From Ferrithrix thermotolerans DSM 19514 (lineage in GTDB: Bacteria; Actinomycetota; Acidimicrobiia; Acidimicrobiales; CAIXPF01), in contig CAMDQT010000003.1 in assembly GCA_945906305.1 (NCBI GenBank), positions 98,553-162,552 of the forward strand: DNA of 64,000 nucleotides, given 5' to 3'. The first letter of the stretch is position 1. The number at the start of each line of letters is the position of its first letter. The position numbers were made by a program, and so were the translations under genes. The notes under the pieces are model-generated. The model saw nothing but the letters and a program-made list of their open reading frames with translations. It ran no database searches and was not told the origin of the DNA. Below, piece by piece: positions 9,765-19,219 of the stretch.

Positions 9765-9782
9765 CCGGGCGGACCTCGGCGT

Positions 9783-11336
9783 TCAGCGCGGGAATGGCGG
9801 CTGCGGCAACGGAGCCATGGTCTCCTCGTACAGCCACGAGTGGAAGAAGTCATCGAGTCCTCGGCCGGCCAAATCGGAGGCCATGGTCACGAACTGCGCC
9901 GTGGTGACTGATTGGTTGCGGTAGGTCGCCACCCAGCGTTGCAGCAGCGCGAAGAACGCGTCATCGCCGACGGTGCGGCGCAGGGCATGCAGCGTGAGGG
10001 CGCCACGCTGATAGACGGCGGGGCCGAACATTTCATGGCGGTCGACTTCGCCGATGGGGCCGAGGTGTGCCCCGTTGCGCCATTTCTCCGCCATGGCCTC
10101 ATCGATGTCGTAGCTCGGGTCACGCTGTTCGGCCCACAACGCCTCGGCGTAGGTGGCGAATCCTTCGTTCAGCCAGATTTCAGACCATCTCGCCACGCTG
10201 AGGGAGTTGCCGAACCATTGATGGGCCAATTCGTGCAGCACCGTCGCTGAGCCAGCGTTGAGACCGAGGTCGGTGTCGAACAAGGACAGGGTCTGGTTCT
10301 CCAATGCGTAACCGAGCGAATCGTCGACCACGAGGACGCCGTAGACCTCGAAGGGGTAGGGCCCGAAAAGTTCGCTGAGGGTATCGATCATGGCCCCGGT
10401 GGCGGCGAAGACCGGAGCGAACTCGGCCATTCGGCCTTCGGGAAAGGCATGACGGATGGCGACCCCAGTACGCGGGGCCCGGTCCTCGGTAAGGTCGAAA
10501 CGGCCGATGGCGATGCTCACCAGGTAGCTGGCGATGGGATCTCGGGGCTCGAAGATCCAGGTGGTGGTGGCTGGACGAGGCCCCGGTTGGCGGAGGCGCA
10601 AGGTTCCCGTGGCGACCACTTCGAGATGGTCTGGTGTGGTCACCGACAACCGGTAGATGGCCTTGTCCGACGGGTGGTCGTTGCTTACCAGCCAGCTTGA
10701 TGCACCGCTGGGCTCACTGGCCACGTAGCTGTGCTCCCCGAGGCCGTGCCATCCGACCGCAATCTCGGCGCCTGTCCCATCGTCGATCGGCTCCGGGCGG
10801 CCGACGTAGGCGACCACCACGCGATGGCTGTCACCGCGGTGGAAAAGCTGTTCGGCGGCGAGTACGAGTTCGCCGTCGGTATGGCTCACCGTTACGACCG
10901 TGCCATCGATCATGGCCGACCGCACGTGCATCGAACCGACGTCGAATTGCAGGCCGGGCCGGTCCGCAGTGAGCTTCACGTCGAGGGTGGCGACCGCGCC
11001 GAGCGTCCCTTCCACGCCCGTGACCCCGTCGCCCTCGGGGTACCAGTCGAATGCGACATCGACCTGCACTACGTCCATGCCGGCGTTGCCCGCCCGCGGA
11101 TAAAGGTTGTCGCCGACCCCGTCGAGATTGGCGAAGGCCACGGTCGGGTCCGGCGCGCGGCGCTGATCGGACGGGCTCGGAGCGCTCGACGTCGGCTGGG
11201 ACGGGTTGCGGAGCGTGGTTGGGCTGTCCGACGCGCTCGCGGTGGCGGGTTGTGGGGTCCTGTCCGGCATGCTCGGATTAGCGCAGCTGACCACTAGCAG
11301 CCCAACCGCCGTAAGTGCGTGCCCCAACCGGGTCAC
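9783..11336 (-). CDS. M1-family zinc metallopeptidase (aminopeptidase N-like), probable lipoprotein
   Basis: 517 aa. HELAHQWFGN followed by WLNEGFATY (HExxH-x18-E). N-terminal lipobox-like LLVVSCANP. Confidence 0.9.
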   Translation of the reverse strand: MTRLGHALTAVGLLVVSCANPSMPDRTPQPATASASDSPTTLRNPSQPTSSAPSPSDQRRAPDPTVAFANLDGVGDNLYPRAGNAGMDVVQVDVAFDWYPEGDGVTGVEGTLGAVATLDVKLTADRPGLQFDVGSMHVRSAMIDGTVVTVSHTDGELVLAAEQLFHRGDSHRVVVAYVGRPEPIDDGTGAEIAVGWHGLGEHSYVASEPSGASSWLVSNDHPSDKAIYRLSVTTPDHLEVVATGTLRLRQPGPRPATTTWIFEPRDPIASYLVSIAIGRFDLTEDRAPRTGVAIRHAFPEGRMAEFAPVFAATGAMIDTLSELFGPYPFEVYGVLVVDDSLGYALENQTLSLFDTDLGLNAGSATVLHELAHQWFGNSLSVARWSEIWLNEGFATYAEALWAEQRDPSYDIDEAMAEKWRNGAHLGPIGEVDRHEMFGPAVYQRGALTLHALRRTVGDDAFFALLQRWVATYRNQSVTTAQFVTMASDLAGRGLDDFFHSWLYEETMAPLPQPPFPR

Positions 11337-11488
11337 CGTGAACTCACCGGCCGGCCTGGCTCGCCGCGGGGCCCAACGGAAAAACGGTCAGCACCTAGTC
11401 AGGCTAGGGGCCTGATCGGTCATTGTGACTCTGGCCCTGGCGTGGCGTCGTTGTCGGAGCGACCGATGGCCTCGGCTAGGTTCGCAGC

Positions 11489-14362
11489 GTGGTCGCCCTC
11501 CGTATCGAGGTGCGCGGCCGAGCCGTCGAGGACGGCTCGGCCGCCGCCGCTGTTACATCGCCAGACGCTGACGCGGCAGCAGCCGCTCGGTTCGTTGCCC
11601 CGCCATTGGGGGTGGAACTCCGCCGGGTCTATCTCCTCGATGGCGATCCGGGCCCTGCTGTGCTGGCGGAACTGTGTGCCACGGTGCTCGCCGACGTCGT
11701 CGTCGAGCAGGCCGAGGTGCTGTCCGAGCCACCCGATGATCCGCACCGAGTCGAGGTGGGCTTTCTTCCCGGCGTCACCGACACCGAGGCTCGCCAGCTC
11801 GAAGCCGTCATCAAAGCGCTCGGCGGCGGTGACATCGCCACCGCCACGCTGCGGGCGTACCGCCTGGCTGGTGCCACACCCGACGAGCTGGCCCACCTGG
11901 CCCGCACCCGCTGGGCCAACCCGACCATCGAGCGCTGGGCGGTGGGTACCTTGCCCGCTCCGTTTGCGGCGCCACCGGCGGAACACGCCACGGTGGACAA
12001 CGTGGCCCTTGACGGGCTCGACGATGAGGGCCTCGTGCAATTGTCGCGTCAGCGCCTGTTGTCGCTCGATCTGACCGAGATGCGCGCCATCGCCGCGTTC
12101 TACCGGGACCTCGGCCGGGCTCCTACCGATGCCGAACTCGAGACATTGGCCCAAACCTGGTCAGAACACTGCAACCACAAGACGTTTCGGGCGCGCATCG
12201 ATCTCACCGTGCGCGACGAGCAGGGTGCGATCGTGTCCACCGAGACCGTTGACGGCCTGCTGAACAGCTACCTGCGGGCCGCCACCGACACGGTGGCCAA
12301 GCCCTTCGTCCGTTCGGCCTTCGTGGACAATGCCGGGATCGTGGCCTTCGACGACAGGTGGGACCTGGCCATAAAGGTGGAAACCCACAACCACCCTTCG
12401 GCTTTGGAGCCCTTTGGCGGGGCCAATACTGGCGTCGGTGGCGTGGTGCGTGATGTCATCGGGGTGTCGGCGCGACCGATCGCCTGTCTCGACGTGCTGT
12501 GCTTCGCACCGTTGGACACCCCCGAGGCAGACGTGCCTGATGGGGTCTTGGCCCCGGCGCGGGTGGCTCAAGGCGTCATCGCCGGCATCGGCGACTACGG
12601 CAACAAGCTCGGTCTGCCCACCGTGGCGGGGGCCGTGGTGTACCACCCCGGTTATTTGGGCAACCCGCTGGTGTACTGCGGCGCGGTCGGCCTGCTGCCC
12701 CACGGTGCGCACCGCACCGGTCCGCAGCCCGGTGACCTGGTGGTGGTGTTGGGCGGTCGAACTGGTCGCGACGGTATCCACGGGGCCACCTTCTCTTCGG
12801 CCGAATTGGTGACGGAAAGCACCGACCTGTCCGGCTCCGCGGTGCAAATCGGTGATCCCATCACCGAGAAAGCCACCATGGAACTGGTCTGCGACGCCCG
12901 CGACGCCGGGTTGTACCGAGCACTGACGGATTGTGGTGCCGGCGGATTGAGTTCGGCGGTGGGCGAACTTGGTGCCTCGACTGGCGTGCGGGTCGATCTG
13001 GCGGTGGTGCCCCGGAAGTACCCGGGTCTGGCGCCGTGGGAGGTGTGGCTGTCCGAGGCCCAAGAACGCATGGTGCTCGCGGTGCCCGCGGAACATCTCG
13101 ATGCCTTGGTGCTCCTCGGCGATCGCTGGGCGTGTGAGGTCACCGTCATCGGGGCGTTCACCGAGGACCATCGGCTGCGGGTCGATCATGGCGACACGGC
13201 CGTGGTTGATCTGCCCATGGATTTCCTGCATGACGGCTGTCCGCGTCGTCACCTCGAAGCGACGTGGCAACCTCCCGCTCTCGAACCGGTTACCGGCTCA
13301 GTGCCCTCACTGTCGGTGTCCGAAGCGTTGCTGGCATTGTTGGCCCAGCCGACGGTGGCATCCAAGGCCGACCTGGTAGGTACCTACGACCATGAGGTGC
13401 GCGGGGGCACGTTGGTTCGCCCCTGGTGCGGTCCCCGCGCTGAGGGACCCTCCGACGGCGTGGTCTTGGTGCCATTGGAATGCTGGGAGGGCTCCCGGGC
13501 GGCTTTCTCGCTCGGCTTGGGCATCAACCCGCGCTACGGACGGCTCGATCCCTACCGGATGGCGTTGGCTGCGGTCGACGAAGCCTTCCGCAACGTCGTC
13601 GCCGCCGGCGCGGATCCCGACCAGGTGTCGTTGTTGGACAACTTCTGTTGGGGTAACCCGACCCTGGCCGATCGGCTCGGGTCCTTGGTGCGGGCCACCC
13701 AGGGATGTCATGACGCGGCGGTGGCCTATGGGGCGCCGTTCGTGTCGGGCAAGGACAGCCTGTACAACGAGTTCGACGGGGTACCCATCCCGGCGACGCT
13801 GCTCATCACCGCTCTGGGCATCGTGCCCGATCGTGACCGCACGGCGCAGGCCTATGCCCGGGGAGATGCCGGGGATCTCTACCTGTTGGGTACCACCGCG
13901 GCCGAGCTCGGCGGTTCTATGTATTACGAGCTGATCGGCCGTCGCGACGGCGCCGTGCCGGGCCTTCCCCCGGGCGAAGCTCTGGCCGTGCACCGGGTCT
14001 TGCACCGCGCCATTGGCGCGGGGCTGGTCGCGGGGGCGCACGATTGCAGCGAGGGTGGCCTCGCGGTGGCGTTGGGCGAGTTCGCCCTGGCCGGAGATGT
14101 CGGCCTCGAGGTCGATCTCCCCCGCAACGCTTTGGCTGCACCGGAGTTGCTCTTCAGCGAATCGTGCGGCCGCTTTGTGGTGCAGGTACGCGCCGGTGCG
14201 GCCGCCGCCTTTGAGGCACTCACCGCCAACGTTGCCTGCCAGCGGATCGGTTCACCGCTGGCGAGCCCGCACTTGCGCATCGCCGTTGACGGTGAGGTCA
14301 TGGTGGAGCTTTCCTTGGCTGAGGTGCGGGTCGCGTTCTGCGGCCAGGAGGTGGCGACGTGA
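11489..14362 (+). CDS. purL: Phosphoribosylformylglycinamidine synthase subunit PurL with fused PurS-like N-terminal extension
   Basis: 957 aa. The FGAM-synthetase core begins near WSEHCNHKTF (about aa 225). Also NHPSALEPFGGANTGVGG, and GKDS in APFVSGKDSLYNE. The N-terminal ~180-200 aa are additional. GTG start. Confidence 0.9.
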   Translation: MVALRIEVRGRAVEDGSAAAAVTSPDADAAAAARFVAPPLGVELRRVYLLDGDPGPAVLAELCATVLADVVVEQAEVLSEPPDDPHRVEVGFLPGVTDTEARQLEAVIKALGGGDIATATLRAYRLAGATPDELAHLARTRWANPTIERWAVGTLPAPFAAPPAEHATVDNVALDGLDDEGLVQLSRQRLLSLDLTEMRAIAAFYRDLGRAPTDAELETLAQTWSEHCNHKTFRARIDLTVRDEQGAIVSTETVDGLLNSYLRAATDTVAKPFVRSAFVDNAGIVAFDDRWDLAIKVETHNHPSALEPFGGANTGVGGVVRDVIGVSARPIACLDVLCFAPLDTPEADVPDGVLAPARVAQGVIAGIGDYGNKLGLPTVAGAVVYHPGYLGNPLVYCGAVGLLPHGAHRTGPQPGDLVVVLGGRTGRDGIHGATFSSAELVTESTDLSGSAVQIGDPITEKATMELVCDARDAGLYRALTDCGAGGLSSAVGELGASTGVRVDLAVVPRKYPGLAPWEVWLSEAQERMVLAVPAEHLDALVLLGDRWACEVTVIGAFTEDHRLRVDHGDTAVVDLPMDFLHDGCPRRHLEATWQPPALEPVTGSVPSLSVSEALLALLAQPTVASKADLVGTYDHEVRGGTLVRPWCGPRAEGPSDGVVLVPLECWEGSRAAFSLGLGINPRYGRLDPYRMALAAVDEAFRNVVAAGADPDQVSLLDNFCWGNPTLADRLGSLVRATQGCHDAAVAYGAPFVSGKDSLYNEFDGVPIPATLLITALGIVPDRDRTAQAYARGDAGDLYLLGTTAAELGGSMYYELIGRRDGAVPGLPPGEALAVHRVLHRAIGAGLVAGAHDCSEGGLAVALGEFALAGDVGLEVDLPRNALAAPELLFSESCGRFVVQVRAGAAAAFEALTANVACQRIGSPLASPHLRIAVDGEVMVELSLAEVRVAFCGQEVAT

Positions 14363-15111
14363 CGAAGCGGGCACAGATCGGCGTGTTGACCGCGCCCGGC
14401 TCGAACCGGGACGGCGAGGCCGCTCGGGCTATCACCATGGCGGGGGCCGATGCCCACATCGTGGCCTTCGATGGCTCGCTGGACCGCTTCGACGGCGTGG
14501 TGCTGCCCGGCGGGTTCTCCTACGGCGACGCCCTTGGGGCCGGTATGCGTTGGGCCCTCGAGGTTGGTGGGGCAGTTCGGGCCGTGGCGGTATCCGGCCG
14601 GCCGGTGTTGGGAATCTGCAACGGGTTCCAGGTGCTGGTCCGATCGGGACTTTTGCCTGGGGGCACTGTCAGTCCTGGGGGCACTGTCAGTCCTGGGGGC
14701 ACTGAGGCCCGTGCGGTGACCCTCACGGCCAACGACCACGGCCGCTTCGTGTGCCGCTGGGTGACGCTGGCGGTCGAACCCGACAACCGGGCGGGGCTCG
14801 ACCGGCTTCTGCCGGGGCGGCTCGCCTGCCCGGTTGCTCATGGTGAGGGTCGCTTAGCGGTGCGTGATGCCGCCACGATGGCTCGCTTGGAAGCGGGTGG
14901 TCATGTGCTGTTCCGTTACGTGGAGGGAACGAATCCCAACGGTTCGGTCGGTGACATCGCCGGGTTGTGCGACACTTCTGGTCTGGTGTGGGGACTGATG
15001 CCCCATCCCGAGGATCATCTCACCGGCACCCAGAATCCGTTCCCCCATCGTCCCGGCCGTGAAGGCCTGGCCCTCTTCGAGGCGTTTGTGTCCCGTGCTC
15101 GAGCAAACTGA
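14359..15111 (+). CDS. purQ: Phosphoribosylformylglycinamidine synthase glutaminase subunit PurQ
   Basis: 250 aa. Nucleophile motif GICNGFQVL, plus HGEG and MPHPE. The start overlaps the purL stop (GTGA). Confidence 0.95.
   Translation: MTKRAQIGVLTAPGSNRDGEAARAITMAGADAHIVAFDGSLDRFDGVVLPGGFSYGDALGAGMRWALEVGGAVRAVAVSGRPVLGICNGFQVLVRSGLLPGGTVSPGGTVSPGGTEARAVTLTANDHGRFVCRWVTLAVEPDNRAGLDRLLPGRLACPVAHGEGRLAVRDAATMARLEAGGHVLFRYVEGTNPNGSVGDIAGLCDTSGLVWGLMPHPEDHLTGTQNPFPHRPGREGLALFEAFVSRARAN
14656..14704 (+). repeat. Perfect in-frame 18-bp tandem repeat (2.7 copies) inside purQ
   Basis: The unit cctgggggcactgtcagt occurs at 14656-14673 and 14674-14691, with a partial copy at 14692-14704. It encodes PGGTVS PGGTVS PGGT. 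Confidence 0.95.
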
Positions 15112-16021
15112 TCTCCACGACCTTCTCGGTCCGCCCACTCGGGGCAAGGTGCGCGACGTCTACGACCTCGCCGATAATCGCATGCTGTTGGTAGCGACGG
15201 ACCGGCTGTCTGCTTTCGACCGGGTGTTGGGGTGCGTACCGTTCAAGGGTCAGGTGTTGACCGAAGTGTCGACCTGGTGGTTCGGGCAGCTCGCACCGTT
15301 GGTCAACCATCACCAACTCGCCATGATCGATCCCAACGCGGTGGTCGGGCGTCGCTGTCACACCGTTCCCGTCGAGGTCGTGGTGCGCGGCTACCTGACG
15401 GGGGTCACGTCGACCTCGTTGTGGCCCCGTTACCGTGACGGTGCCCGTGAGCTGTACGGGCTTCGCCTACCCGACGGGTTGTCCTTCAACGATGCGTTGC
15501 CCGTGCCGCTGATCACGCCGACCACCAAAGCGGAGGCTGGGGCCCATGACGAGCCGATCTCCGCGGCCGATGTGGTGCGCACCGGCCTCGTGTCAGCGGC
15601 CCGCTGGACGGAGATCGAACAGGTGTCTTTGGCGTTGTTCCGCCGCGGCGGCGAACTAGCCGCTGAGGCGGGTTTGACCCTGGTGGACACGAAGTACGAG
15701 TTCGGCATCGATGACGATGATCGCCTGACCCTTATCGACGAGGTACACACCCCCGATTCAAGTCGCTTCTGGCGGGCCGGGACCGGCGAACACTTGGACA
15801 AGGAATTGGTGCGCCGATGGTATGCCGAGCAGGGCTACCGAGGTGACGGTGCCCCCCAACCGCTGCCCGCCGAGCTGGCCACCGCCTTGTCCGAGGCCTG
15901 CCTGGAGGTCCATCGTCGCCTAACCGGTCGGCTGTTCGAGCCCGCCGCGACGCCGGAGAACGAGCGTCTGGTCCACAACGTGGCGAGGTGGCTCGATGCC
16001 GGTAGCCCGGTAGACCGATGA
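15095..16021 (+). CDS. purC: Phosphoribosylaminoimidazole-succinocarboxamide synthase
   Basis: ORF 15059..16021. [21 protein letters not shown] and LVDTKYEFG motifs. The GTG at 15095 is the likely start and overlaps the purQ end. Confidence 0.9.
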   Translation: MLEQTDLHDLLGPPTRGKVRDVYDLADNRMLLVATDRLSAFDRVLGCVPFKGQVLTEVSTWWFGQLAPLVNHHQLAMIDPNAVVGRRCHTVPVEVVVRGYLTGVTSTSLWPRYRDGARELYGLRLPDGLSFNDALPVPLITPTTKAEAGAHDEPISAADVVRTGLVSAARWTEIEQVSLALFRRGGELAAEAGLTLVDTKYEFGIDDDDRLTLIDEVHTPDSSRFWRAGTGEHLDKELVRRWYAEQGYRGDGAPQPLPAELATALSEACLEVHRRLTGRLFEPAATPENERLVHNVARWLDAGSPVDR

Positions 16022-16533
16022 GCGTGGCAGGCACCGAGGGTGCTGCAGTGGCGGTGGTCGGAGTGATCATGGGCAGCGTCTCGGATTGGGAGACAATGCG
16101 TAAGGCCACCGAGGTGCTCCAACGCTTCGGGGTCTGCTTCGAGGCGGAAGTCGTGTCCGCTCACCGGACACCGGACCGAATGGTCGACTACGCCAGCACC
16201 GCCGAGGCTCGGGGGTTGCAGGTGATCATCGCGGGTGCGGGCGGCGCGGCGCACCTGCCCGGGATGGTGGCCGGTCATACCGTGCTTCCCGTGATCGGTG
16301 TGCCCATCCGCTCGCGTGCATTGTCCGGTATGGACTCGCTGCTCTCGATCGTACAAATGCCCGCCGGGGTGCCGGTGGCGACCATGGCGATCGGCGATGC
16401 GGGGGCGACCAACGCTGGATTGTTGGCGGTGTCGTTGCTCGGCGCGACGCAGCCGGAACTGCGGGCCGCACTGCGCAGCTACCGCGCCGAACGCGCCGCC
16501 GAAGTGGCCGCTATCCGGCTCGACGATCTCTGA
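16018..16533 (+). CDS. purE: N5-carboxyaminoimidazole ribonucleotide mutase
   Basis: 171 aa. [36 protein letters not shown] overlap with purC. Confidence 0.95.
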   Translation: MSVAGTEGAAVAVVGVIMGSVSDWETMRKATEVLQRFGVCFEAEVVSAHRTPDRMVDYASTAEARGLQVIIAGAGGAAHLPGMVAGHTVLPVIGVPIRSRALSGMDSLLSIVQMPAGVPVATMAIGDAGATNAGLLAVSLLGATQPELRAALRSYRAERAAEVAAIRLDDL

Positions 16534-16580
16534 GCGCGCGCGTCCGGCGGGCCCTCGCCGGGCCGGTACGCTCGGCATCG

Positions 16581-17723
16581 ATGTCGCCTCCACCCCGATC
16601 CAGCTTTGGACCGAACGCCACCATCGGGATACTCGGAACCGGCCAGCTGGGCCGGATGCTGGCCTTGGCGGCACGTCGGATGGGTTATTCGGTGATCACG
16701 ACCGGTGAGGATCCACCGGGTTCTCCCTGTGGGCAAGTGGCGGAGCCGGTCGAGGATCTGGCTTCCTTCCTGGCCCGGGCCGATGTGGTCACCACCGAGT
16801 TCGAGAATGTCGATCCGGCCGTGCTCGCCGCGGCGGCGTTGAGCCGTCCCGGCCCGTCAGTGGTGGCCCGCTGCCAGAACCGTCGCCTGGAGAAGGCCTT
16901 CCTGCGTGAGGCAGGGGTACCCACGGTGCGTCATCAGGTCATCGGCGAAGGCGAAGTTGCTGATGCGCAGCACCAGCTCCGCTGGCGTCAGGAGCTGACT
17001 GCCTTTGGGTTGCCGGCGGTGCTGAAGACGGCGGCGTTCGGTTACGACGGCAAAGGCCAGTGGGTGCTTCGTGATGCGGCTGACATCGCGTCGGTCCCGC
17101 TCGACGCGGGCGCCTACGTGTTGGAGGAGCTTGTCGACCTCGCGGCCGAAGTGTCCGTGGTGGTCGGTCGTGGTGATGATGGCGAGACCGCGTGCTATCC
17201 GGTGATCGAGAACCGTCACGCCGATCACATCCTCGATGTCTCGGTGGCCCCCGCTCGTATCGACCCGGCGCTGGCCGAGCGCGCGGTGCAGCTCGCGGTC
17301 ACCGTGGCGGAGGCTCTGGGGGCGGTGGGCGTGCTGTGCGTGGAGTTTTTCGTCACGACCGACGGTCGGCTGTTGGTCAACGAGGTGGCCCCTCGGCCGC
17401 ACAACTCGGGCCATCTGACGATCGAGGCCGCCCCAACATCGCAATTCGAACAGCAACTACGTAGCGTGTGCGGCCTGCCGCTCGGCGCCACCATCCCGTT
17501 CCGGCCCGCAGCGATGGCCAACCTGCTCGGCGAACTTTGGGCCCAGGGCGAACCGGACTGGTCTGCCGCGCTGGCCGTGCCCGGCGTCACGCTGCACCTC
17601 TATGGCAAGGCCGAGGCCCGGCCCGGCCGGAAGATGGGTCACCTCACTGCGGTGGCCTCAACGCCGGAGGACGCACTAAAACTGGTACTAGATGCTCGAC
17701 GCCGTCTCCTCCTTCGGCCATGA
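16581..17723 (+). CDS. purK: N5-carboxyaminoimidazole ribonucleotide synthase (ATP-grasp)
   Basis: 380 aa. IGILGTGQLGRML, ATP-grasp core, NEVAPRPHNSGH, RKMGHL. Confidence 0.9.
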   Translation: MSPPPRSSFGPNATIGILGTGQLGRMLALAARRMGYSVITTGEDPPGSPCGQVAEPVEDLASFLARADVVTTEFENVDPAVLAAAALSRPGPSVVARCQNRRLEKAFLREAGVPTVRHQVIGEGEVADAQHQLRWRQELTAFGLPAVLKTAAFGYDGKGQWVLRDAADIASVPLDAGAYVLEELVDLAAEVSVVVGRGDDGETACYPVIENRHADHILDVSVAPARIDPALAERAVQLAVTVAEALGAVGVLCVEFFVTTDGRLLVNEVAPRPHNSGHLTIEAAPTSQFEQQLRSVCGLPLGATIPFRPAAMANLLGELWAQGEPDWSAALAVPGVTLHLYGKAEARPGRKMGHLTAVASTPEDALKLVLDARRRLLLRP

Positions 17724-19215
17724 ACCGGACTTCGCCGACCCGGACCGCGATACACCACACGAGGAGTGTGGTGTTTTCGCCATCCATGCGCCTGGCGTTG
17801 ATGTCGCGCGCCTGACGTTCTTTGCGCTCTTCGCGTTGCAGCATCGAGGCCAGGAAGGCGCCGGTATCGTCAGCTTCGCCGACGGCATGGCTCATCTCCA
17901 CAAGGGCCTGGGCCTGGTGTCCCAGGTGTTCAACGAGGAGAACCTGGCCACGCTCAAGGGATTCCACGCCATTGGGCACACCCGCTACTCGACGACGGGC
18001 GCGGTGACCCTACGCAACACCCAGCCCTACGTCTTGGAGACCTTCGACGGGCCTTTGGCCCTGGCGCACAACGGCAACCTCGTCAACGCGCCTCAACTGC
18101 GCCGTGAGTTGCTCGAGCGAGGCGTCGGTCTCTCGTCGAGCTCCGATACCGAGGTGATGATCCATCTGCTCGCCGGCGCGGGAGGGCCGGGAACCGATTG
18201 GGTCAGCCGTATTCGCACCGTAATGGCCCAGGCGGTGGGAGCTTTTACCCTGACCATCGGGACCCGCGACGCCGTGTTTGGTGTGCGCGATCCATGGGGT
18301 TTGCGACCCCTGGTATTGGGTGAGTTGGGGGAGGGCGGCTACGCGCTGGCCTCGGAGAGCTGTGCGTTGGCCACCATCGGGGCCCGGATGATCACCGAGA
18401 TCGGCCGGGGTGAGATCGTGCGCATCGACGAGAGCGGCTACGAGATCCTCCCCGGGATCGAACCGCAAGCTTTGAGCTTCTGCACCTTCGAGGAGATCTA
18501 CTTTTCCCGGCCGGACTCGATGTTGCAGGGTCGGTTGGTGCATCAGACCCGCCAGGCACTCGGCCGTCAGTTGGCGCGCGAGGCGCCGGTGCGTGGCGGC
18601 GCGGACATCGTGGTGCCCGTGCCCGACTCGGGCATTCCTCATGCGATTGGTTACGCGCAGCAGAGCGGGGTGCCCTACAGCGAAGGTCTTATCAAGAGCC
18701 GCTACATCGGTCGGACCTTCATCGAGCCCACGGCGGAGCTCCGCCGGGACCGGGTGGCCATGAAGTTCAACCCGCTGCCTGCCAACGTGGAAGGTCGGCG
18801 GGTGATATTGGTCGACGACTCCATCGTGCGGGGCACGACTTCGGGCCCGTTGGTGGCGCTGTTGCGCCGAGCGGGCGCGGCCGAGGTTCATCTCCGGGTG
18901 GCGTGCCCGCCGATAGCGCATCCCTGCTTTATGGGCGTAGACATGGCGAGCCGCGAGGAGCTGATCGCGGCCAACATGAGCATCGAGCAGATCGCGGCCC
19001 ATATCGGCGCCGACTCCTTGGCGTACCTCAGTATCGACGGCATGATGGCGGCGCTGCGGGAGCGGGAACAAACGCTCCCCCTCCAGTTCGAGGACGCGAG
19101 CCTCGCCGTGGGCGGGTACTGCAACGCATGCTTCACCGGGGTGTACCCCTTTGACGGGGTGCCAGTGGACCTGCAGTCCAAAGAACGTTTTTCCGGCATC
19201 GTCGGACTCGGGTGA
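17692..19215 (+). CDS. purF: Amidophosphoribosyltransferase
   Basis: 507 aa. A propeptide is followed by CGVFAIH (N-terminal nucleophile Cys). PRTase motif VILVDDSIVRGTT. Overlaps the purK end by 32 nt. Confidence 0.95.
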   Translation: MLDAVSSFGHEPDFADPDRDTPHEECGVFAIHAPGVDVARLTFFALFALQHRGQEGAGIVSFADGMAHLHKGLGLVSQVFNEENLATLKGFHAIGHTRYSTTGAVTLRNTQPYVLETFDGPLALAHNGNLVNAPQLRRELLERGVGLSSSSDTEVMIHLLAGAGGPGTDWVSRIRTVMAQAVGAFTLTIGTRDAVFGVRDPWGLRPLVLGELGEGGYALASESCALATIGARMITEIGRGEIVRIDESGYEILPGIEPQALSFCTFEEIYFSRPDSMLQGRLVHQTRQALGRQLAREAPVRGGADIVVPVPDSGIPHAIGYAQQSGVPYSEGLIKSRYIGRTFIEPTAELRRDRVAMKFNPLPANVEGRRVILVDDSIVRGTTSGPLVALLRRAGAAEVHLRVACPPIAHPCFMGVDMASREELIAANMSIEQIAAHIGADSLAYLSIDGMMAALREREQTLPLQFEDASLAVGGYCNACFTGVYPFDGVPVDLQSKERFSGIVGLG

Positions 19216-19219
19216 TTGC

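Noticed and set aside
11337-11488. Possible ZTP (pfl) or purine riboswitch in the leader of the pur operon
   Set aside because: A GTGACTCTGGC string loosely resembles the pfl 5' element. However, the conserved CCGCCTGGGC pseudoknot partner and the purine-riboswitch loop motifs are not present. It cannot be supported by eye and should still be scanned with covariance models.
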